Source: Candidatus Saccharimonadota bacterium
GTDB lineage: Bacteria; Patescibacteriota; Saccharimonadia; Saccharimonadales; AWTP1-31
Assembly (NCBI GenBank): GCA_003962975.1
Contig: RXKC01000014.1
Location: forward strand, 898 to 64,897
Direction of reading: 5' to 3'
Length of the DNA stretch: 64,000 bases
Below are positions 29,015 to 39,774 of the stretch, in pieces. A program made the position numbers and the translations under genes. A model generated the notes under the pieces. That model worked only from the letters and a program-made list of their open reading frames with translations, searched no databases and was not told the DNA's origin. Numbering within the stretch: the stretch's first letter is position 1; each line of letters starts with the position of its first letter.

Positions 29015-30487
29015 GTGGTTAGTGCCGAGACTCGCAAGCAATATACAGTAACCATAGGTATTGAGTGCCATGTGCAACTAAAGACTGCGACCAAACTCTT
29101 TGCGGCAGTCAGCAATGACGCACGGGACGCTGAACCTAATACGTTAATTAGTCATATTTGCCTGGGAATGCCTGGAGCTTTACCGGTACTTAATGAGCAT
29201 GCGGTTGAGCTTGCTTCTCGAGCAGCCTTTGCACTTGGTTCAAAGCCATCTCCTTTCAGTACCTTCGATCGCAAACACTACTTTTATCCAGATCTCCCAC
29301 TTGGCTACCAGATCACACAGTTTTACCAACCAATTGTTCTCGGTGGCACAGTCACCATCGTCATCGATGGCCAAGAAAAACAAATCGGTATTACCCGCGC
29401 TCATCTTGAAGCAGATGCAGGCAAAAACACCCACCCCACCGGCGCTGACTATAGTCTGGTTGACCTTAACCGCGCAGGCACACCTCTGCTAGAAATCGTA
29501 TCCGAACCAGACATTCACAGCGCCGCTGAAGCTCGCGCATATGCTCACGAACTGTATTTGCTCATGAAGTATGCCGACGTCTCAGATGCTGATCTATACC
29601 ACGGCAACATGCGTTTTGATGTGAATGTCAGTGTCAGCAAAACTAACGAGCTAGGCACGCGAACCGAAACCAAAAACCTTAACTCGTTCCGTAGTGTCGA
29701 AAAAGCTGCCGAATACGAAATTAATCGTCAGATAGAATTACTCGAAAAAGGCCAGAAGATTGATCAAGAAACTCGCGGTTGGGACGAAGCAAAACAAAAA
29801 ACCCTCAGCCAGCGTGGCAAAGAGCAAGCTCATGACTACCGATATATGCCCGAGCCAGACATTCCACCCGTCGAGCTTGATGAAGCTTTTATAGAACGAA
29901 TCTTTAAATCTCTTCCAGCCATGCCGAGCGATTGGCGCCAGAAACTAACTTCACTCGGCCTCGATGCAAGTCAAACAGCAATCCTGATTGATGCTGAGGT
30001 AGACAGCCCAGTAGTAAACTATCTACCACTGCTCGAAAAAGTCATCTCTGACAAAAGCTACGCTAAACAACTTGCTAACTGGTTCGTTAATATTGAAATT
30101 CCGTTTCGAAGTGATGAAGCCAATATCGTCGAGCTGCCCAATGAAGCTCGTGCCCCTATGTACCACGCTGTGTATGAGCTTGTTACAGGCAATAAGTTAA
30201 GCTCCAGCAACGCTAAGCTGCTCATAACCGAGCTTCTTGGTCATAACAGCCTGCCAGAATCCGTTGAAAAATATGCAGATGAGCAAGGCTTGGTTCAAGT
30301 TTCAGATACCGGCGAGATAGAAAAAATTGTCGTCGATGTCATTACAGCAAATCCTGCCGCCGCCGAAGATGTACGTAATGGCGAAATGAAAGCTATCGGA
30401 TTCTTGGTAGGCCAAGTCATGAAGGCAAGCCAAGGCAAAGCTAACCCCGGTCTTGCACAAGAACTTTTGCGCAAGCACTTGATGTAA
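29015..30487 (+). CDS. gatB: Asp/Glu-tRNA amidotransferase subunit B
   Basis: IGIECHVQL, HLEADAGK and a C-terminal GatB/YqeY domain; 490 aa. Confidence 0.95.
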   Translation: MVSAETRKQYTVTIGIECHVQLKTATKLFAAVSNDARDAEPNTLISHICLGMPGALPVLNEHAVELASRAAFALGSKPSPFSTFDRKHYFYPDLPLGYQITQFYQPIVLGGTVTIVIDGQEKQIGITRAHLEADAGKNTHPTGADYSLVDLNRAGTPLLEIVSEPDIHSAAEARAYAHELYLLMKYADVSDADLYHGNMRFDVNVSVSKTNELGTRTETKNLNSFRSVEKAAEYEINRQIELLEKGQKIDQETRGWDEAKQKTLSQRGKEQAHDYRYMPEPDIPPVELDEAFIERIFKSLPAMPSDWRQKLTSLGLDASQTAILIDAEVDSPVVNYLPLLEKVISDKSYAKQLANWFVNIEIPFRSDEANIVELPNEARAPMYHAVYELVTGNKLSSSNAKLLITELLGHNSLPESVEKYADEQGLVQVSDTGEIEKIVVDVITANPAAAEDVRNGEMKAIGFLVGQVMKASQGKANPGLAQELLRKHLM

Positions 30488-30521
30488 GCAATAGCGGTAT
30501 CCAGCATGCTACACTTGATGC

Positions 30522-31412
30522 ATGCAGAATAAGCCTGTCAGAAAAGCAATCATTGCCGCTGCCGGTTTTGGTACTCGGTTCTTACCGCAAACTAAGGCGC
30601 TACCAAAAGAGATGCTTCCTCTCGTCGACAAACCAATTATTCAATATATCGTCGAAGAGTTGGTATCTGCAGGTATCGAAGACATCGTCATTGTTACCGG
30701 CTACCACAAACGATCTATTGAGGATCATTTTGATTACATCAGTGCCGACTTACGTTCAAACCTTAAGCAAGGCAACAAAGAACAGTTACTAGAAGAAACC
30801 AAGAAAATCTCTGATCTTGCTAACTTTGTCTATGTTCGTCAAAAAGGTCCCTATGGCAATGCCACACCGATTCTTAACTGCGAACATCTGATAGGTGATG
30901 AGCCTTTTATTTACACCTATGCAGATGACTTTATCGATGCCGAACCGTCTCGCTTTGCACAGATGATTGCCCTGTATCAAGAAACAGGCGCAAGTGTTTT
31001 ACCATGTATAGAACTTACAAACGATGAAGATTACGATCGATATGGCGTTGTTGCTGGTGAAGAGCAAGCTGAAGGTATTATTCGGATGAGTACAATTGTA
31101 GAAAAGCCTGGCAAACAAGATGCGCCCAGTAGCCTGGCTAATGTTGGCGGCTATCTACTGACACCTGACATCTTCTCGTATCTGCACGATTCACTTCCCA
31201 GCCTAGAAGAAGGCAAAGAATTTCAAATTCAACCAGCAATGAGAGAATCGATAAAAGACGGTAACCAAATTTTGGCTTTTAAGCTTCGTAATGCTCGTTA
31301 CTACGATACCGGTAATAAACTCGAGTACTTAAAGACGGTTGTAGACATGGCACTAAAACGTCCTGACCTTAGCAAAGACTTTATGGCCTATCTGAGACAG
31401 CTTGTCGAGTAG
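30522..31412 (+). CDS. galU: UTP--glucose-1-phosphate uridylyltransferase
   Basis: AAGFGTRFLPQTKALPKEMLPLVDKPIIQY N-terminal signature. Confidence 0.9.
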   Translation: MQNKPVRKAIIAAAGFGTRFLPQTKALPKEMLPLVDKPIIQYIVEELVSAGIEDIVIVTGYHKRSIEDHFDYISADLRSNLKQGNKEQLLEETKKISDLANFVYVRQKGPYGNATPILNCEHLIGDEPFIYTYADDFIDAEPSRFAQMIALYQETGASVLPCIELTNDEDYDRYGVVAGEEQAEGIIRMSTIVEKPGKQDAPSSLANVGGYLLTPDIFSYLHDSLPSLEEGKEFQIQPAMRESIKDGNQILAFKLRNARYYDTGNKLEYLKTVVDMALKRPDLSKDFMAYLRQLVE

Positions 31413-31436
31413 GCGACAAAGAGTATAATAAAGTTT

Positions 31437-31694
31437 ATGGATCTTGGAACTGCTCAACAAATTCTTGTCGTAATCCTCTCGTCGTTTCTTGCTATCTTCC
31501 TACTGCTTGGCATTGTGGCCACAGTTTTAGTAATCAAAGTACTTAAGCACGTTAAGCATATTACAGAAAAGGCCGAACAAATTGCCGATAAGGCAGAGGC
31601 CGTATCCTCATTCTTTCAACAGTCAGCTGGACCGGCGGCAATCGCCAAACTTATATCAAACATCGTCCACGCTGCGCGCCAAACTAAGAAGTAA
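31437..31694 (+). CDS. Small membrane protein, DUF948-like
   Basis: 85 aa with one N-terminal TM and a helical tail. It pairs with a YtxH-like gene, as seen in Firmicutes. Confidence 0.55.
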   Translation: MDLGTAQQILVVILSSFLAIFLLLGIVATVLVIKVLKHVKHITEKAEQIADKAEAVSSFFQQSAGPAAIAKLISNIVHAARQTKK

Positions 31695-31705
31695 GTGGGG
31701 AGACC

Positions 31706-32113
31706 ATGAATAAAGATACCAAACGTTTTGCTATTGGCACGCTTATAGCTGCAGCTGCAGGATATGTAACAGGCATTCTTACTGCGCCGAAAAGCGGTAA
31801 AGAAACACGTCAAGACGTCAAAGACACAGCCACAAAAGCAAAGAGAGAAGCCGAGAAAGAGCTAAAGAAACTACACAGTGAAGTCAGTAAGCAAATTGAT
31901 AACGCAAAAGCAGCCGGTCTTAAATTTAAGACTCAACATAAGCCTGAACTTGATAAAGCTGTAGCCACTGCCGTGACTGCCAAAGAAAAGGCTCGAGAAA
32001 TGCTGACCGCACTACACGAAGGCAGTGCTGACGATAAAGACCTCAAAAAGGCGATTGCTGACGTTAACGACGCAGTTAGTCACCTCAAAAACTTCCTCGA
32101 CAAAAAATCCTAA
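31706..32113 (+). CDS. YtxH-domain protein (general-stress-like)
   Basis: N-terminal GILTAPKSGKETRQD motif and a Lys/Glu-rich helical remainder. Confidence 0.7.
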   Translation: MNKDTKRFAIGTLIAAAAGYVTGILTAPKSGKETRQDVKDTATKAKREAEKELKKLHSEVSKQIDNAKAAGLKFKTQHKPELDKAVATAVTAKEKAREMLTALHEGSADDKDLKKAIADVNDAVSHLKNFLDKKS

Positions 32114-32122
32114 TGCCATAGC

Positions 32123-32422
32123 ATGGCAGACAAAAAATCACTAGACAATACAAGGACATTGGCACTAACACTGCCTGTCGCTCACTATTGTGTATTTGTT
32201 TTCTTGAAAGAATACACACGTCTTCCGTTTGAAGAATCGGGCATAGCATTCTTAGCTGCTTTTATAGGCATATTTATTTACGCAACTCCTCTGATTTTAG
32301 TTGTTGCCTTTATTTCAGGACGCTTGTTGCGATCCCATCCAAATCGCGACTACATACAAGCACGCTGTATGCTAGCTACTTCGATTATGTATTGTATTGC
32401 GATAACTACACAGCTTTTCTGA
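32123..32422 (+). CDS. Small membrane protein, unknown
   Basis: 99 aa with about 3 hydrophobic helices and no motif. Confidence 0.45.
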   Translation: MADKKSLDNTRTLALTLPVAHYCVFVFLKEYTRLPFEESGIAFLAAFIGIFIYATPLILVVAFISGRLLRSHPNRDYIQARCMLATSIMYCIAITTQLF

Positions 32423-32509
32423 TGTTGTAATTATAGTATCTGGCTGCTGAGGCAGAAGCTTTTTCTATATAATAGAGACATAAGAATCTTGAGGGGTGAA
32501 GGGTAGTTC

Positions 32510-35500
32510 GTGGCCGCCAAAAAAAGTTTACAGACCAGTGATTTTGTACATCTGCATAACCACACGCAGTACAGTCTTTTAGATGGACTTACAAAAGTCC
32601 CAGATCTTATGCAGTATGTGAAAGATAGTGGGATGCAAGCTGTAGCTATGACAGACCACGGCACTATGTCGGGTACTGTTGAGTTTTACAAGACCGCGCA
32701 TGCAAACGGCGTTAAGCCCATCATTGGTATGGAAACATATGTCGCACCGCGAAAACACACAGATCGTGATCCAAGCAAAGACAAAACACCCTTTCACTTA
32801 ATTTTGCTGGCCATGAACAACACAGGCTACGAAAATCTGATGCGGCTTAGTAGCACGGCGAATCTCGAGGGCTTTTACTATAAGCCCCGTGTGGATCATG
32901 AATTACTAGAGAAATATAACGAAGGCATTATTGTTCTCAGTGGTTGTATTGGTGGTGAGGTTGGCGATGCGCTACGCAATCAACAATATGAACAAGCAAA
33001 GGCTACCGCACAGTGGTATAAGTCAGTGTTTGGCGATCGTTACTATCTTGAGGTACAAGATCATGGGCATGCATCTCACCCGAGCAGCTGGGATGAGCAA
33101 GTTGCTGTCACAGAGTTGACTCGAAAACTCTCAGAAGAGCTTGATATACCTTGTGCGCTGACCTGTGATGCACACTATTTGCGTCATGAAGATCAAGAAG
33201 CTCATGAAATATTGCTGTGCGTGCAAACAGGATCATTCCTCAGTGACGAAAAACGCATGAGTCTGAAAGACTTTGAGTTGCACGTCACGGATCCCTCGGA
33301 AATTATTAAGCGCTGGCAAGAAGACTTTCCCGAGGCCGTATCAAACACCAAGGCTATAGCTGATCGATGTGACGTCAAACTTTCACTGGGTGGCATTCTG
33401 ATTCCGAAGTTCCCGGTACCTAAAGGTGAAACGGAGACCTCTCATTTGCACAAACTAGTCTATCAAGGGCTAGCCTGGCGCTATGGCGGTGTCAGTGCAG
33501 AAGATTCAAAGAAGCTCACTATTGCCCTTGCCAAAAAGACGCTCAGTAAGAACATCCTCGAACGCGCCGAGTATGAGCTGACTGTTATCAATGATATGGG
33601 TTTTAATGGCTATTTCTTGATTGTGGCAGACTTTATAAACTGGGGCAAAGGTGAGGGGATTGTCTTTGGGCCAGGACGAGGTTCGGCGGCTGGCTCGATC
33701 ATAGCCTATGCCATGCGTATCACCGAACTTGATCCAATTGAATACGACCTACTGTTTGAACGTTTCCTTAACCCAGATCGCATTAGTATGCCTGATGTGG
33801 ACATTGATATCCAGGATAGCCGCAGAGATGAAGTTATTCAGTACTGCGTAGAAAAGTATGGTAAAGAGCGTGTAGCCAACATCGTTACGTTTGGTCGTAT
33901 GGCTGCTCGTAACGCCGTACGCGATGTTTCGCGTGTACTGCAAGTCCCTTATGCTGAAGCTGATCGTTTATCCAAGATGATTCCTCCACCAGTACAGGGC
34001 AGACACATACCACTGGCTACGTCCCTCATTAAAGACAAAGATCTCAAAGAAGAGTACAACAGTAACCCACAAAGTAAACGCGTCTTTGACCTTGCCGTAC
34101 AAATGGAAGGCACTATCCGCAGTCATGGTATTCATGCAGCGGGCGTAGTGATTGCACCAGACGAGATCGTGAAGTTTGCACCCCTAGAAATGGCCCAAAA
34201 GGGCGTGGTATCCACGCAGTATTCTATGGGTCCTGTCGAGGAGCTCGGGCTACTTAAAATGGACTTCCTAGGTCTATCCAACCTGACGATTATTAAAAAT
34301 GCTCTCCGTATTATTAAGCGTGTAAACGGAACCGATATTGATATATCCACCATACCGCTCGACGATAAGAAAACGTTTGAACTACTGCAACGTGGCGATA
34401 CTACCGGAGTTTTCCAACTCGAGTCCGCTGGCATGAAACGCTACCTGCGTGAATTACGTCCGTCACAGTTCGACGACATTGTGGCCATGGTAGCTTTGTA
34501 TCGACCTGGGCCAATGCAGTTTATTGATGACTTTATTGCGCGTAAACATGGCCTAAAAGAGGTTACATACGAACATCAAGGACTTGAAGCGGCTCTTAGC
34601 AATACCTATGGTATCTTGGTTTACCAAGAACAGTTCATGCAAATCAGTAAAGACATGTGTGGCTTTACTGGTGGACAAGCCGACACTTTGCGCAAGGCAA
34701 TCGGCAAAAAACAGCGTGAAACAATGGCCAAGATGAAGGTGGCTTTCATAGAGGGTATGGTCAAAAACAGTCAGGTGCCCGAAAGTTTCGCACAGAAGTT
34801 CTGGGCGCAACTTGAAGCGTTTGCCGACTACTGTTTCAACAAGAGTCACTCCGCTTGCTATGGCCTAATCGCATACCAAACTGCATATCTGAAAGCCCAC
34901 TATCCGGAAAGTTTTATGGCTGCCTTGATGACCAGTGATTTTGATAATATCGACCGTCTTGCCATTGAGATCGCCGAATGCAATAACATGGGCATTAAAG
35001 TTCTGTCACCTGATGTAAACGAATCATTCTTGGAGTTCGCCGTGGTGCCTAACGCCCCGCAGGTACGTTTTGGCATGGCAGCAATTAAAAATGTCGGTAC
35101 AGCCGCCGTAGAAGAGATTCTACGAGCTCGCAGCGAAAGTCTGTTCGTCAGCCTAGAAGATTATCTCGAGAGGGTGAGCGTGCGAATTGTTAACCGAAAA
35201 GCACTGGAAAGCCTTATCAAGGCAGGTGCATTAGATCGCTTTGGCAGTCGTCAAACGCTACTCGAGAACATTGATATCATCCTGGCATATGCCAGTCGTT
35301 TACAAAAAGAGAAGGCAAGTGGTCAAACCGATCTTTTCGGTAATCTTACAGAAGCCGACGACACCATAAAGCCAAAACTAAAACTTGCCAGTAATGGCGA
35401 GAAAGTTGATAAACGAGAACAGCTGCAATGGGAGCGCGAACTGCTGGGGCTATACCTGTCCCAGCATCCACTTGAAGACTACAAGACATGGCTACGAGAA

Positions 35501-36139
35501 CAAACCATCCCTCTTAATGCGCTAACTCCTGAGTATCACAACAAACCGGTCGTGATTGGTGGCGTTATAGTTGATTCACGCGAAATCACTACAAAGAACG
35601 GTCAAAAAATGGCTTTTGTTCGAGTAGCAGATGAATTTGGCGAAGTTGAGCTTATCTTGTTCCCGCGTATCTACGGCGAAAGTACAGGGCTATGGCAGCG
35701 AGACACGGTGATTACAGTAAACGGTAAACTCTCCAGCATGGATAAGGATGGAGTCATGACCAGTGAGGTTAAGATACTTGTAGACTCTGGACGCGAGATT
35801 ACACACTCTGAGGCTACTAACTATAGCCCGAGCAAGAAGAAGATTAAGATGCCCAAGAAAACTACCGAGGAAAAGAAAAAGCCTGCCGCTCAGTCAGAAG
35901 CCAAACCGGACAAATCATCCAGGCTGTTCATTAAACTGGCCAGTAGCAGTGACCAGCAAGCCCTTGTTTCGTTAAAAAACATCATCGACCAGCATGCAGG
36001 CAGCACAGAAGTAGTACTAGTAGTCGGCGGCGACAAAGAGCGACAAATCATAAAGCTACCTATGCAAGTTTCTCACAGTGAAACCCTGCACCAGGAACTC
36101 GCAAAAGTTGTAGGCAACGAAAACATTAAACTTGGATAG
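32510..36139 (+). CDS. dnaE: DNA polymerase III alpha subunit
   Basis: N-terminal PHP domain (FVHLHNHTQYSLLDG), a polymerase core (GPGRGSAAGS, PDVDIDI) and an OB-fold; 1209 aa; GTG start. Confidence 0.95.
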   Translation: MAAKKSLQTSDFVHLHNHTQYSLLDGLTKVPDLMQYVKDSGMQAVAMTDHGTMSGTVEFYKTAHANGVKPIIGMETYVAPRKHTDRDPSKDKTPFHLILLAMNNTGYENLMRLSSTANLEGFYYKPRVDHELLEKYNEGIIVLSGCIGGEVGDALRNQQYEQAKATAQWYKSVFGDRYYLEVQDHGHASHPSSWDEQVAVTELTRKLSEELDIPCALTCDAHYLRHEDQEAHEILLCVQTGSFLSDEKRMSLKDFELHVTDPSEIIKRWQEDFPEAVSNTKAIADRCDVKLSLGGILIPKFPVPKGETETSHLHKLVYQGLAWRYGGVSAEDSKKLTIALAKKTLSKNILERAEYELTVINDMGFNGYFLIVADFINWGKGEGIVFGPGRGSAAGSIIAYAMRITELDPIEYDLLFERFLNPDRISMPDVDIDIQDSRRDEVIQYCVEKYGKERVANIVTFGRMAARNAVRDVSRVLQVPYAEADRLSKMIPPPVQGRHIPLATSLIKDKDLKEEYNSNPQSKRVFDLAVQMEGTIRSHGIHAAGVVIAPDEIVKFAPLEMAQKGVVSTQYSMGPVEELGLLKMDFLGLSNLTIIKNALRIIKRVNGTDIDISTIPLDDKKTFELLQRGDTTGVFQLESAGMKRYLRELRPSQFDDIVAMVALYRPGPMQFIDDFIARKHGLKEVTYEHQGLEAALSNTYGILVYQEQFMQISKDMCGFTGGQADTLRKAIGKKQRETMAKMKVAFIEGMVKNSQVPESFAQKFWAQLEAFADYCFNKSHSACYGLIAYQTAYLKAHYPESFMAALMTSDFDNIDRLAIEIAECNNMGIKVLSPDVNESFLEFAVVPNAPQVRFGMAAIKNVGTAAVEEILRARSESLFVSLEDYLERVSVRIVNRKALESLIKAGALDRFGSRQTLLENIDIILAYASRLQKEKASGQTDLFGNLTEADDTIKPKLKLASNGEKVDKREQLQWERELLGLYLSQHPLEDYKTWLREQTIPLNALTPEYHNKPVVIGGVIVDSREITTKNGQKMAFVRVADEFGEVELILFPRIYGESTGLWQRDTVITVNGKLSSMDKDGVMTSEVKILVDSGREITHSEATNYSPSKKKIKMPKKTTEEKKKPAAQSEAKPDKSSRLFIKLASSSDQQALVSLKNIIDQHAGSTEVVLVVGGDKERQIIKLPMQVSHSETLHQELAKVVGNENIKLG

Positions 36140-36160
36140 TTTTCACTCTCGACTGATGCT

Positions 36161-37477
36161 CTAAAGGATTGCGCCGACATTGCGCGTCACAAAAAACAGC
36201 AAGATTGCAAGCGCAATAACTACGACATCGACCACTTTATGTTTTAAGATGTATTGCTCACCTTTAATAAAGAAACGATGGGCTGCAATACTGTGCTTAA
36301 CAAGTAAATAGCCAGCGCCGGCTAGCGTAAGGAGTGTCAGTACAAACATTGTCCAGCCGACGTTCTTGCCAGTAAACAAGGCTAGTCGACTAACCGTTTT
36401 AGACTCAACCATAACTTGTTGGGGCTCAGCCTCAAGGTCAATTTTGTTGCTGGCAAGAATTGGCTTGAGAAGGGTTAGCTTATACTCTTTAGGAGCATTG
36501 GTGAGGTCAATATCTGTTTCTGTCTTGGCGCCTTCAATTTCAACAATAGCTTTATGTTTACCCGTTTCAACGTCATTAAATATGACGACTCCATTACCGT
36601 CTGTCATTGCAGTTCGTGGCTCTGAATGGAGCGTAACTTTAATGCCTGGAGCAGGTTTACCTTTAGTGTCAGTCACCGTCAAGGTAACTGTATGCTTGTC
36701 TACTGGTTGTGCCGGAGGGGTAGGTGAAGCTGCAGGTGCAGATACGCTTGGCTGAGTCGCAGCTGGTCGTGTTTGTGGCGCTGGTGTCGTAGGCTGTGCG
36801 CTAGGCGTCGTATAAGGCGAAGCATACATGGCAACTATGATTGTTTGCTGGTCAGCGGGGAAATTACCGCAATTATAATTTGGCGCATTTGTAATGCCGA
36901 ACCCAACATGCTGATAGCCAGTATGTAAAAGATTATCTTTGTGTGAAGGGCTGTTATACCAACCAGTCACGACTTCTGTACTTTCGTTAAAACCACATGC
37001 TAAGTTCTCACCAGCCCGACTATAGCTATAACCAGCGTTGGTTATAAACGCCCAGGGCGGTGTGCCATCGGGAGTATTATGAGCCCAATAATTACGGCTC
37101 GCCATGTCATTGGCTTTGGCCTGAGCAGCTTGGGTGAGTTGAGCATTAATAGAAAGATTGTTTGCTCCGGCAGTCGCTCGCCTTTGATTAGATGCCGCTA
37201 GCAAACCATCGCTACTAATCGCCGTGGCATACGCCAAGACATCCGATGAACTGCCTTGTTGGGTGGAGTCGCCCGAATCAGTGGCCTGGCTGGTCTGTTG
37301 AGTCTGGGCAGTTTGCTCACCAGCGTGGTTACGGACCAAACCAACTACACCCAGAACAACGAAGGCAAGCGCGAGCAGCGGCAAGTAGGGGTGATATACC
37401 TTTAAGAAATGGCCACTTCGTTTTTGGTGATTACCGTGACGCTTTGGCTGAGCGTGTTTACTGGATCTGTTAGCCAT
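36161..37477 (-). CDS. CAP/SCP (PR-1-like) domain protein with a Pro/Thr linker, an Ig-like domain and TM helices at both ends
   Basis: CAP domain (NYWAHNTPDG...GENLACG...WYNSPSHKDNLL...VGFG), a PTPAPQ linker, a carboxypeptidase-regulatory-like beta domain (VTLTVTDTKGKPAPGIKVTL...GNGVVIFNDVETGKH), an N-terminal TM and two C-terminal TMs. Confidence 0.75.
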   Translation of the reverse strand: MANRSSKHAQPKRHGNHQKRSGHFLKVYHPYLPLLALAFVVLGVVGLVRNHAGEQTAQTQQTSQATDSGDSTQQGSSSDVLAYATAISSDGLLAASNQRRATAGANNLSINAQLTQAAQAKANDMASRNYWAHNTPDGTPPWAFITNAGYSYSRAGENLACGFNESTEVVTGWYNSPSHKDNLLHTGYQHVGFGITNAPNYNCGNFPADQQTIIVAMYASPYTTPSAQPTTPAPQTRPAATQPSVSAPAASPTPPAQPVDKHTVTLTVTDTKGKPAPGIKVTLHSEPRTAMTDGNGVVIFNDVETGKHKAIVEIEGAKTETDIDLTNAPKEYKLTLLKPILASNKIDLEAEPQQVMVESKTVSRLALFTGKNVGWTMFVLTLLTLAGAGYLLVKHSIAAHRFFIKGEQYILKHKVVDVVVIALAILLFFVTRNVGAIL

Positions 37478-37513
37478 GAATATAGATATTGTAAACCATG
37501 AGCGGCATCCGAC

Positions 37514-38008
37514 CTAGTGAAAGCGAAGCTGATACAGAGCCATAGCAGCCGCTTGAACCACGTTATAAGATTCTTTTTGGCCTAGCATTGGTATTTCTAC
37601 ACATACATCACACAAATCAATCACTTCTTGCTCTAGACCCTCTACTTCTCGACCAAGCAGCAAGGCTACTTTATCTGGTGCCTGCATAGTTTGTAATGGC
37701 ATAGAGGTTGGCGTTTGCTCAAGCCCGATTATCTGATAACCTTCACCGCGCAGGTGAGTAATGACCGTATGTATATCAGCTTCCTGATGCCAGTCAACAT
37801 ACTGCTCCGCGCCTAACGCTGTTTTTGAAATTTGTTTGTCGAGCTTTGCCGTTAAATGAGGCAGCCTTTCATCGTGCGCTACAACTGGGTATGGGGTGTA
37901 GCCCGTCAAATAGACCTGTTCCACAGCCAAGCCTTCCGCAGTGCGCAGCAAAGAGCCTACGTTATGGGTGCTCCTCATATTGTGAGCCACAACAATAATT
38001 TGTCTCAT
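37514..38008 (-). CDS. SpoU/TrmH-family RNA 2'-O-methyltransferase
   Basis: 164 aa with the SpoU motifs NVGSLLRTA, LLGRE..G and IPM.G...S.NV. Confidence 0.8.
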   Translation of the reverse strand: MRQIIVVAHNMRSTHNVGSLLRTAEGLAVEQVYLTGYTPYPVVAHDERLPHLTAKLDKQISKTALGAEQYVDWHQEADIHTVITHLRGEGYQIIGLEQTPTSMPLQTMQAPDKVALLLGREVEGLEQEVIDLCDVCVEIPMLGQKESYNVVQAAAMALYQLRFH

Positions 38009-38116
38009 TGGAGCTTACTATAGCCTTCCACATCTGTTAGCTCAAGTAATTTATGTATGGACGGAATCAAGATATCGATATGGCTTGTATGCGCTTATGT
38101 CTATATACTAGTAGTA

Positions 38117-39727
38117 ATGGCTCAAGATGCGCGACTTATTGAAGAACAGTCGACCGAGCGGCGTGCCCGCTTGCTCGGACTTAGTTATACCAACACTTCA
38201 GAACCTACTCCAAAAGAACTTTTCAAAGATCTTCTACCAAAAGAGGAATTGTATTCACTACGCGTTATCCCTCTTAAAGCAGTAAAGGGAGCAATTTTGT
38301 TTGGCGTGACAACTACTACGTCTCAGCAAACAATGAACTCATTGACGCAACGTTTTTTGGATTATCGCATAACCTACACATTAATATCCGACACTGGCTT
38401 TCGTGACTTCATGAAGTTATATGATCCACCCAAGCAGATCGTATATCAGGACATTAGTATCGGAAGCGATAGTGGCGGTCAACAGACCATTATTGCCCAG
38501 GTATCTGCAACATTAGAACAAGTACGTGCAGATGATATGCTGGCATACCTCACCGACCAAGCCCACAAGCTAGGCTCTTCTGATATCCATGTCGAGAATC
38601 AGACAGAATCTGTCCGAGTTCGTTATCGTATTGACGGCGTACTACACCCCATAGCCCAGCTCAGTCATCAAAGAGCTCGCATGCTTATCTCTGCTATTGC
38701 CAGCGCTGGCAATATTTCAACGGCAGCTGGTGATGCTCAACAAGGACATATCACGCAGCGCGTGACCATGGCTGATAAATCGCAAGTAGACGTGAACCTC
38801 CGTGTCGAAACCGTGCCCGCTATTCACGGCATGGATGTTGTGATGCGCTTATTCAATATGCAGGCCAGTATGTACACCCTAGATCGACTTGGCCTGAACA
38901 GCGCTGAACGGGCAGTGGTTGACGAGATTATACGCAAACCGAGTGGTTTGGTTTTGGCGGTTGGTCCGACCGGCTCCGGTAAAACGACGACGCTCTATTC
39001 AATGCTTAACACCCTCAATAGTGACACCCGTAAAATCATCACAATTGAAGATCCAGTAGAATACCAGTTCAATGGCATCACTCAGGTAAGTGTCACGAGC
39101 AAGAATGCCGAGGATACTTCGTTTGCCAATAAGCTCCGCGCGGTACTGCGTCTCGACCCAGACATTGTCATGGTTGGTGAGGTCCGCGACAATGATACCG
39201 CCCGTACAGCTCTACAGGCTTCGCTGACCGGACACTTAGTGCTTTCCACCTTCCACGCCTCATCAGCCGCCGCCGCTATGACCCGATTGGTCGACATTGT
39301 TGGCCAAAACCCGTTGTTTGCCTCTGCTATTCGCCTAATTATGGCCCAGCGACTTGTGCGTAAGCTCGACGACAAAACTAAGGTTGCGTACACACCAGAC
39401 GCAAATGTTATTGCCAAACTTCAAGCCATTGCCGACACCTTACCGCCAAACATTCAACGACCTAACCTACAAGGTATCCAGCTGTATAAAGCAGGTAGCT
39501 CAGCTGAAAATCCATTTGGATACAAAGGACAAATTGCTCTCCGCGAACAGCTAGTTATGTCAGATGCCCTCCGCAATCTCATGCAAGGACCAGTGGCTGA
39601 TATTTCGACGCAAGCACTCGAGGCAACTGCCGTAAAAGCAGGTATGAAGACGATGCTACACAATGCACTTGATAGACTTTTAGCTGGTGAGACTACTGTC
39701 GAAGAAGTTTTCAGAGTACTCGGCTAA
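38117..39727 (+). CDS. pilB: Type II/IV secretion ATPase (PilB/GspE type)
   Basis: Walker A GPTGSGKTT, Asp box, Walker B (IVMVGEVRD) and His box (GHLVLSTFH). I prefer the ATG at 38117 because the upstream 20 codons look non-coding. Confidence 0.85.
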   Translation: MAQDARLIEEQSTERRARLLGLSYTNTSEPTPKELFKDLLPKEELYSLRVIPLKAVKGAILFGVTTTTSQQTMNSLTQRFLDYRITYTLISDTGFRDFMKLYDPPKQIVYQDISIGSDSGGQQTIIAQVSATLEQVRADDMLAYLTDQAHKLGSSDIHVENQTESVRVRYRIDGVLHPIAQLSHQRARMLISAIASAGNISTAAGDAQQGHITQRVTMADKSQVDVNLRVETVPAIHGMDVVMRLFNMQASMYTLDRLGLNSAERAVVDEIIRKPSGLVLAVGPTGSGKTTTLYSMLNTLNSDTRKIITIEDPVEYQFNGITQVSVTSKNAEDTSFANKLRAVLRLDPDIVMVGEVRDNDTARTALQASLTGHLVLSTFHASSAAAAMTRLVDIVGQNPLFASAIRLIMAQRLVRKLDDKTKVAYTPDANVIAKLQAIADTLPPNIQRPNLQGIQLYKAGSSAENPFGYKGQIALREQLVMSDALRNLMQGPVADISTQALEATAVKAGMKTMLHNALDRLLAGETTVEEVFRVLG

Positions 39728-39736
39728 CATTCTCAG

Positions 39737-39765
39737 TTGACCCCTGGGGTGTTTTCGTGTAAAAT
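39737..39765 (+). promoter_or_regulatory. Sigma70-like promoter of rplS; the geometry implies a leaderless or near-leaderless mRNA
   Basis: TTGACC (39737-39742), a 17-nt spacer, then TG-n-TAAAAT (39758-39765). The ATG at 39775 is only 9 nt after the -10, and there is no SD. Confidence 0.55.
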
Positions 39766-39774
39766 CGACTGGAT

